This document shows, piece after piece, positions 25,639-31,445 of a stretch of 31,445 nt of DNA. The position numbers and the translations under genes are program-made. The first letter of the stretch is position 1; every line of letters starts with the position of its first letter. Source of the stretch: Candidatus Parvarchaeota archaeon (GTDB taxonomy: Archaea; Nanobdellota; Nanobdellia; Parvarchaeales; Parvarchaeaceae); NCBI GenBank assembly GCA_023380435.1, contig JAMCRB010000001.1, forward strand, positions 1-31,445. Reading direction: 5' to 3'. The notes under the pieces are model-generated. The model saw only the letters and a list, made by a program, of their open reading frames with translations. It made no database searches and was not told where the DNA came from.

Positions 25639-27504
25639 TTACTCTTCTCCCTCTGATGATGTATCAGATTCTATCTTGCTTGAGACTACGTCGCCAGTGC
25701 TCAGGCTTTCCTCTACGTTAGCTTTGACTTCTTCCTTTTTCTTCTCAAGCAGGGTTTCTATCTTTTTCTTTATTTTCTGCTCTTCTATGTCGGTAAGTTT
25801 TGACAGCGAAAACGCGAGCTCTATTCCATACTTATCGAAAAGGCTTATTCTCTCCTGGAAAAGGCTGCTTTTATGCTTGCGGTTAAGGAACAGTGACATC
25901 CCCCTTACAAGCTCCTGCAGCGCCAGCTTTATCTCCTTTATTATTATAGGATAACTGGCGACTGAGTTTTTACTTTCATTGGAGTATGGAACCCATACAG
26001 AAGCGATGTGTACTATAAAAACCATCGGGCCGATTGGAACTTTATTTTCAACCTTAAGCCCGTATCGGGAGTAATCTATGCTTATAAAACTCTGGGTCAA
26101 AGCACATGAAGCTGAATCAAAAAGCAGCGGAATCTTGTTTGCGAACCTCATCAACGTCGCCTTCTCGCCTGTTATCTTACCGCCATAAGCGAGCGCGACC
26201 TCTATCTGGAACGGCATCCCCCTGTAAACTTCCGGCTTCCTTGTAACAGACTTTACAAATTCCGGCGAATACTCTTTCCTCAGGCTTTTTTCCAGTTCTT
26301 CTCCTCCAATTGGAGAAAGGCAGTCTGTCTGCGGACGCATCAAGTCTATCGACTGGAGAGTCTTTAATATTGCGGCGGCCTGCACCCTGTCTATGTCAGA
26401 CGGCTTCGTTTTCGGGTCCACTCCGACCCCTTTTACAGTATCATCAGCAACGGATCTGCTAACGCGGGACAGTTCGTTCTCCAGTGCAGAGACCACAGTC
26501 CTCTGCGTGGAATTCTTTAGTATGCGCATAAAAATACCTATCTCCAGACCATGTGGGTGCGGTTTTATCTCGACAGCCTCCTTTGGAAGAGTGTTTATCG
26601 CCCTCTTGTATAAGAACTTCTCATCGTTCGGGCTGGTGTAGTGTATTGTCGCATGTGGATTCACCAAAGCTGTCCTCCTGATGTATTCATCCACCCCTTT
26701 CTGTCCTGCCACGTATAATCCCTCTATCTCAAGTTCGATTCTTGTCCCGTGTTCATATGGAAAATCTGACTCACCTTTTTCAATGACTTCCGGCTCATTT
26801 TTCATTATGTTTATCTGTACTTTCATAGTAACGGCTTTTTTCTGTGATTTTACTTTTGAAGTTATTTTCGCGGGCTTTCCGGTCGTCAGCTGCGAGTAAA
26901 GTACCGCCGAGTGGATTCCTATCCCCTGCTGCCCGCGGTTCTGCTTCATAGATTGAAACTTGCTTCCGTAAAGCATCCTGCCGAATATATCCGGTATCTT
27001 TGACTCCAAAATACCTGGCCCATTGTCGGTTATGCTTATTAGGAAGATTGGTGAAGTTTTCTTCAGCCTTAGCGGCTGGCCGTTCATGGTAACGGAAAGC
27101 TTGTCATTCTGGTTTGTTATCGTAAATACTGCGTCCTCTAATTTTATTGACGCGGATCCGCCTCTAACCTGCTTTGTTTCGGATTTGCCTTTATACACAA
27201 CCGTGTATTCACTTTTCTTGACCATCAGCTGGCCTACGTTGTGCTTTTCATCCAGTAGCTGGTAATTGTCGCTGAGCGCCTTCAAGTCTACTGATATTTC
27301 AGGGAGGGTTATCTCCTCTTTATTGCGCTCCTGCATGTGGCCGAGCTCTTCGCACGCATCGAGAGAATTATCAACTGCTTCTTTAACGCAGGTTAGCAGT
27401 GCTTTCTGTTTGTTGTCGAACCCGAGAAGGTGCCGATTCTTCTCAAAGAATTCGGTTACACTTATCGCCCGCTGCTTTTTTGCCAACTCCTCAGCTATTT
27501 CCAT
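25639..27504 (-). CDS. top6B: DNA topoisomerase VI subunit B
   Basis: SVTEFFEKNRHLLGF, KEAVDNSLDA, DNGPGI, YGSKF, RGQQGIG, HGT, PHPHG, LMRFANKIPLL, HIASVWVPY. Confidence 0.98.
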   Translation of the reverse strand: MEIAEELAKKQRAISVTEFFEKNRHLLGFDNKQKALLTCVKEAVDNSLDACEELGHMQERNKEEITLPEISVDLKALSDNYQLLDEKHNVGQLMVKKSEYTVVYKGKSETKQVRGGSASIKLEDAVFTITNQNDKLSVTMNGQPLRLKKTSPIFLISITDNGPGILESKIPDIFGRMLYGSKFQSMKQNRGQQGIGIHSAVLYSQLTTGKPAKITSKVKSQKKAVTMKVQINIMKNEPEVIEKGESDFPYEHGTRIELEIEGLYVAGQKGVDEYIRRTALVNPHATIHYTSPNDEKFLYKRAINTLPKEAVEIKPHPHGLEIGIFMRILKNSTQRTVVSALENELSRVSRSVADDTVKGVGVDPKTKPSDIDRVQAAAILKTLQSIDLMRPQTDCLSPIGGEELEKSLRKEYSPEFVKSVTRKPEVYRGMPFQIEVALAYGGKITGEKATLMRFANKIPLLFDSASCALTQSFISIDYSRYGLKVENKVPIGPMVFIVHIASVWVPYSNESKNSVASYPIIIKEIKLALQELVRGMSLFLNRKHKSSLFQERISLFDKYGIELAFSLSKLTDIEEQKIKKKIETLLEKKKEEVKANVEESLSTGDVVSSKIESDTSSEGEE

Positions 27505-28006
27505 TTTGATACGCCTCTAATTTCTTTTTGTTTATTGAAATGAATACACTATCATGTTTCGCGCCATTTAAAATCATTTCTACTGCGCCATGCGCAATGC
27601 CTATGTTCTCAACATGGCCGACTATGCTTATAGTCTTTCCTTGTATCTTTATAAAACATGCGGTTTCCTTCATTATCCTCTTCTTTATCATGCCCCTGCT
27701 GCCTATTACCCGCCCTTTTAGTTCTTTCTGTCTCTTTTTTGAACGTGAGTAGTCGTTTACATTTAGCACTAATATATCGTATGAATCATCGAGAAGGAGG
27801 GACGATATTGAACTGTCGAAGCCTCTGTTGAACGCGGTGACGGCATTTTTGGCCAGCATCGCCCTAAATGCATTATCACAGCTGAGCTTAACTCTGGTTT
27901 TCTCTATTGTTATGCTTACACCGGTCTCCTTTATCTTTTCCAATAATTTCGACTGCAGAGCCAGGTCCTTCGCCCTAACAGCCGTCATAACAACTTCGTC
28001 TTCCAT
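27491..28006 (-). CDS. KH-domain RNA-processing protein (Dim2/Pno1/Krr1-like)
   Basis: AKNAVTAFNRGF, KGRVIGSRG, GKTISIVG, AVEMILNGAKH; conserved position upstream of top6B. Confidence 0.9.
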   Translation of the reverse strand: MEDEVVMTAVRAKDLALQSKLLEKIKETGVSITIEKTRVKLSCDNAFRAMLAKNAVTAFNRGFDSSISSLLLDDSYDILVLNVNDYSRSKKRQKELKGRVIGSRGMIKKRIMKETACFIKIQGKTISIVGHVENIGIAHGAVEMILNGAKHDSVFISINKKKLEAYQNGNS

Positions 28007-28012
28007 CTCCTA

Positions 28013-29581
28013 CTAGAACACCTTTACCATATATCCGTTTTCTAATTTATAGCCTTGCTTCCGATAATACTGTCTTACCCCTACACCGGATATTATCCTG
28101 ATTCTTTTTATGGAATATTCGCTGGATGTTATTTTTTCTGCTTCTGATAGCAGCTCTTTTCCTATACCTTTATGCTGGAAACCCGTGCTGCTTCTGAATG
28201 ACAGCTCTTCCTGCGGACCGTACACATGAAGTTCCCTTACAAGGCTTTCGCTGCTGCCGTCCCGGATTCTCAGCCTGAGAAACCCGACCAAGCCTCCGCT
28301 TTTGGCGTCGTCACAGCTTATGAAGATTTCGTCTCCTTTATTTGCTCTGTAAAATTCCCTGTTTATCTCCAATTTTGTATCCTGGTAATGCTTTATATGG
28401 CCAATTTCCCGACTGCGTATGTCTTTTGGTGTCTTCCCGCGCCTTGATATCTCGTTGAAGACTAGTTGCCTTAAGTTCGTTATCTTTATTCCGTCTTCTA
28501 TCAGATTCGATGGTATATCCCTTTCTACACGCATTATCCTAAGCCATTTTGGTGAATTTATTTCAGCATCGGCAATCAAATCGACTATATCCTCTATTTT
28601 ATAAGGATTGTACCTGCCATCTTTCCACATCTGATACAGACCGGTCCCCTTTATCACGAGGGTAGGGTATATTTTGATTGCATCTGGCTTCAAATCCTCA
28701 TCTTCATATACCTGTCTTATTGTTTCTCTGTCTTTATCGATATCAGAGAAAGGGAGAGCGAGCATTATGTGGTGGTCTACCTTGAAGGCATTGTCTCTCA
28801 ATCGCTGCGTCGATTGCTTTACGTCTTCTATCGTGTGACCGCGGTTATTCTTCAAAAGAACATCGTTGTAAACGCTTTGCACCCCCATCTCCACCCTGGT
28901 CACGCCAAAATCAATAAGTTGTTTAATGTCTTTTTCGCTACATCTCTCCGGTTTTGTCTCTATGGCAAAAGTAACACATTTATTATTCGCATTTTCGTTT
29001 AAAGCTTTCTGTTCTTCCAGTCCTCCATCGAATCTGTTTTCACTGCTGAATTCATTCAAAGCCCTGTAAATTTGGGTGACAAAGTCAGTTTTGTACGCCT
29101 CTGGTAGGGTCGTAAATGTGCCTCCTATTACTATAACTTCTACCTTCTGTGGGTTGTACCCCATAAAAGCGTACTGTTTTAGCCTTGCTTCTACCTGGAG
29201 GTATGGGTCATATTCATTTACCCTGGCGCGTCTGGCTGCCGGTTCAAATCCGGTATAGCTTTGAGGCGTACCGTATTCTACGCCGCCCGGGCAGAAAATA
29301 CATTTGCCATGCGGGCATGCAAATGGCTTTGTCATCAGCGCCAAAACGGAAACACCGGATAGAGTTCTTATCGGTTTTGACCTTAATATCGAAGCAATTC
29401 TTTCCCTATCCGGGTCTTCAACAAACTCCAGGATGTTGCCATTTTTTGGGATGTCAGAAAATCCAAAGCGCCTGGATATCTCTTTCTTTAACCGCATCAC
29501 GGAGACCGTATCCTTTTCACTGATGTTCCAAGACATTCTGGAGAACTCTTCCGCGAATCTTTTCATTACAATCTTATCCAT
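28013..29581 (-). CDS. elp3: Elp3 radical-SAM/acetyltransferase (tRNA U34 carboxymethyltransferase)
   Basis: RTLSGV, CPHGKCIFCPGG, PQSYTG, GGTF, ETKPE, RVEMGVQ, KIYPTLVIKGT, RVERDIP, RSREIG, VRELHVYG, QHKGIG, ISGVGVRQYY. Confidence 0.97.
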   Translation of the reverse strand: MDKIVMKRFAEEFSRMSWNISEKDTVSVMRLKKEISRRFGFSDIPKNGNILEFVEDPDRERIASILRSKPIRTLSGVSVLALMTKPFACPHGKCIFCPGGVEYGTPQSYTGFEPAARRARVNEYDPYLQVEARLKQYAFMGYNPQKVEVIVIGGTFTTLPEAYKTDFVTQIYRALNEFSSENRFDGGLEEQKALNENANNKCVTFAIETKPERCSEKDIKQLIDFGVTRVEMGVQSVYNDVLLKNNRGHTIEDVKQSTQRLRDNAFKVDHHIMLALPFSDIDKDRETIRQVYEDEDLKPDAIKIYPTLVIKGTGLYQMWKDGRYNPYKIEDIVDLIADAEINSPKWLRIMRVERDIPSNLIEDGIKITNLRQLVFNEISRRGKTPKDIRSREIGHIKHYQDTKLEINREFYRANKGDEIFISCDDAKSGGLVGFLRLRIRDGSSESLVRELHVYGPQEELSFRSSTGFQHKGIGKELLSEAEKITSSEYSIKRIRIISGVGVRQYYRKQGYKLENGYMVKVF

Positions 29582-29602
29582 ATTATAGGAGAGTATGTTA
29601 AT

Positions 29603-29611
29603 TATTTAATA
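29603..29611. promoter_or_regulatory. candidate shared TATA box for divergent elp3 and DUF2341 gene
   Basis: TATTTAATA is centred in the 51-nt gap between 29581 and 29633. Confidence 0.5.
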
Positions 29612-29632
29612 CTAAAGGTTGTATATTGTCAT

Positions 29633-31445
29633 ATGGATAAAAAGGCACAGGTTATAAGCATATTCTTTTCTGTATTTTTTATAATAGCTGTTTTAGGCGT
29701 AATAGCGCTTGAATCCGCCAACCTTACATCCAGCGGTGACATAAGTCGAATATCCAATTCTTTTACACTCACTGACAACGCATATCAGTCCCTTATAAGC
29801 GCTTATCAGTCAAGCAATTCTTTGGGATTATCTCCTGCCGCAGCTGCCATATTGGAAGACACTATCGCAGAGATATCGAACAGTTATTTTATAAATTACC
29901 ACCTTAATTTGTCTCTCGAATCTGGTCTGTCCAGTCCTGCATCATCGCTAACTGGACAGCCTTTCATCGAGGAAATCCCGCTGACTATAGATAATACTCA
30001 GAATGCAGGAGAGTCCACGTTCCAGCAGATGATCAACATTACAAGCAGCGACCCGGGATGGTCTTACATATCAAAAAATCCGTTCGGACAAAACGTCGAA
30101 TTCTTATACCCAAACGGACAGGTTATCCCATCGTGGTTGCAAAGCAATACCAGTAACAGCGGAGTTTGGTGGATAAAACTTGGGTCATTGCCTGCAAATT
30201 CTACTATTAAGATTTACATGGCTTTTGCGCCAACTAATGTCAATCTTTTCAACGGTAATACCATCGGCGAGGCTTCCACATTACCTGTATCTGCTCCGCA
30301 ACATATCCAGGAATATATACCTGTCACAATAAGCAATTCACAGAGTTCTGCTACAGTCTCGCCTTTTGATGAAGAAATAAACGTCCCTTCATCCGATTAC
30401 TCTAGCTATGCCGCATCAAACCTGCAGAATGTGGAGTTTTATTACAGAAATGGAACGATAATCCCCTCCTGGCTTGAGACTCAAACATCAAGTAATGCCA
30501 TCTGGTGGCTTAAGCTCGGCAGCATACCCGCGTCATCTTCAATAACTGTATATATGGGTTTTGCTTCTACATCTACAAACCTCTTCAATACAGTAAATGA
30601 TGGAGAAGCACCACAGCTTTCACCATCTTATGCTGAATATGATGATGGTTTTAATGTATTCAATTTCTACGATGACTTTAAAGGAACCGGCCTGAATACG
30701 AACAAATGGGTTATCTTTAGCGGTGCCTCTGGGTATAATCCAATTATCGTAAACAATGGTCTTCTAATACTTCCAGATAGTTCGCAAGGTAGTGGAGGAT
30801 ATGGAATTTTTTTGAAGTATCCGGTTTACGGGCCGATTGAATTTAGCGCCTACCAAGACCTTGTTTCCGGATCCACTAGTTGGGGTAAACAAGGCATCGG
30901 TCTGATTAATACTAATGAAATACCCTCTAATGGTGATTTCATGACTGTGTATTCTTCATCCACTGGATGGTACGATAATTACGCTACTACCGGACTTGGT
31001 AATTCAAACAGCGGAAATCAGCCAATTGTAGCGACGTATCCCATTCCACACGACACATTCTCTTTGATAAGCGTGGCGCTTGCTAATGCTAGTGATAGCG
31101 TGGGATACCTTAATAATGCATTCGAAGCCAAAAATCCAGTTGCATATGAATTTACTTCTAGCACGATTCCTGCCACGCCATTTATTGTGTCAGATGCAAA
31201 TGCTGGGCTGTATAGAGTATACTACGCATTTGTTTCTCAGTACCCTCCAAACGGGGTAATGCCTTTGGCATCGTTCGGATCTGCTGAAACGGCGGTTTCA
31301 TACGGAGAGTACGATAACGGGGCAAATGTGTTTAACTTTTATGATAATTTTGCTGGTACCACACTGAGCTCGAAATGGGCTTCTGGAACAAGCGGGGGAA
31401 CAATTACAGTAGATAATGGCCTTACCGAAACAATCCCATATAATG
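29633..31445 (+). CDS. DUF2341-repeat surface protein with class III signal peptide (3'-incomplete)
   Basis: Not in the ORF track because it has no stop. Hand translation from ATG 29633 is open to the window end (604 codons). MDKKA|QVISIFF plus a TM segment; two copies of QNVEF.Y.NG..IPSWL...WW.KLGS.P; two copies of EYD.G.NVFNFYD.F.GT.L..KW. Confidence 0.92.
   Translation, partial: MDKKAQVISIFFSVFFIIAVLGVIALESANLTSSGDISRISNSFTLTDNAYQSLISAYQSSNSLGLSPAAAAILEDTIAEISNSYFINYHLNLSLESGLSSPASSLTGQPFIEEIPLTIDNTQNAGESTFQQMINITSSDPGWSYISKNPFGQNVEFLYPNGQVIPSWLQSNTSNSGVWWIKLGSLPANSTIKIYMAFAPTNVNLFNGNTIGEASTLPVSAPQHIQEYIPVTISNSQSSATVSPFDEEINVPSSDYSSYAASNLQNVEFYYRNGTIIPSWLETQTSSNAIWWLKLGSIPASSSITVYMGFASTSTNLFNTVNDGEAPQLSPSYAEYDDGFNVFNFYDDFKGTGLNTNKWVIFSGASGYNPIIVNNGLLILPDSSQGSGGYGIFLKYPVYGPIEFSAYQDLVSGSTSWGKQGIGLINTNEIPSNGDFMTVYSSSTGWYDNYATTGLGNSNSGNQPIVATYPIPHDTFSLISVALANASDSVGYLNNAFEAKNPVAYEFTSSTIPATPFIVSDANAGLYRVYYAFVSQYPPNGVMPLASFGSAETAVSYGEYDNGANVFNFYDNFAGTTLSSKWASGTSGGTITVDNGLTETIPYN

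Noticed and set aside
3523-29588. Numerous 60-150 aa antisense ORFs within core genes
   Set aside because: Shadow frames of well-supported genes with no independent motifs.
1-31445. CRISPR arrays, transposases, tRNA introns, 5S/16S/SRP RNA
   Set aside because: No regularly spaced repeats or matching motifs were seen; all three tRNAs fold without insertions.

Overview
31.4-kb window from a small-genome archaeon. Gene style points to DPANN: a stand-alone 23S rRNA gene, mostly leaderless genes with a TATA box ~25 nt before the start, and class-III-signal/DUF2341 surface proteins. A Parvarchaeales/Micrarchaeota-type acidophile is my inference only. Most of the window is housekeeping: GPT/AglH-type glycosyltransferase, NFACT/Rqc2, rps17e, proS, leuS, Trm5-like, RFC small and large subunits, a KaiC/RAD55 ATPase, an elp3-KH-top6B-top6A operon, tRNA-Gln(UUG), tRNA-Thr(GGU) and tRNA-Arg(CCU). 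Features missing from the ORF track are an RNase P RNA (16657-16937, minus), the 23S rRNA gene (~19950-22812, minus) and a 3'-open DUF2341 surface protein starting at 29633. Three observations stand out. (1) The 23S peptidyl-transferase ring is heavily substituted at normally near-invariant positions, while A2451, U2506, U2585, A2602 and the P- and A-loop Gs are kept and many changes are compensatory. (2) An AT-rich, free-standing double-LAGLIDADG gene sits between top6A and the 23S promoter, and the AT-rich composition extends into the 3' half of top6A, suggesting a homing-type replacement. (3) The RNase P RNA has a hybrid, reduced architecture. E. coli rRNA numbering comes from a by-hand alignment against remembered reference sequences and needs computational confirmation. 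No CRISPR array or transposase was seen.
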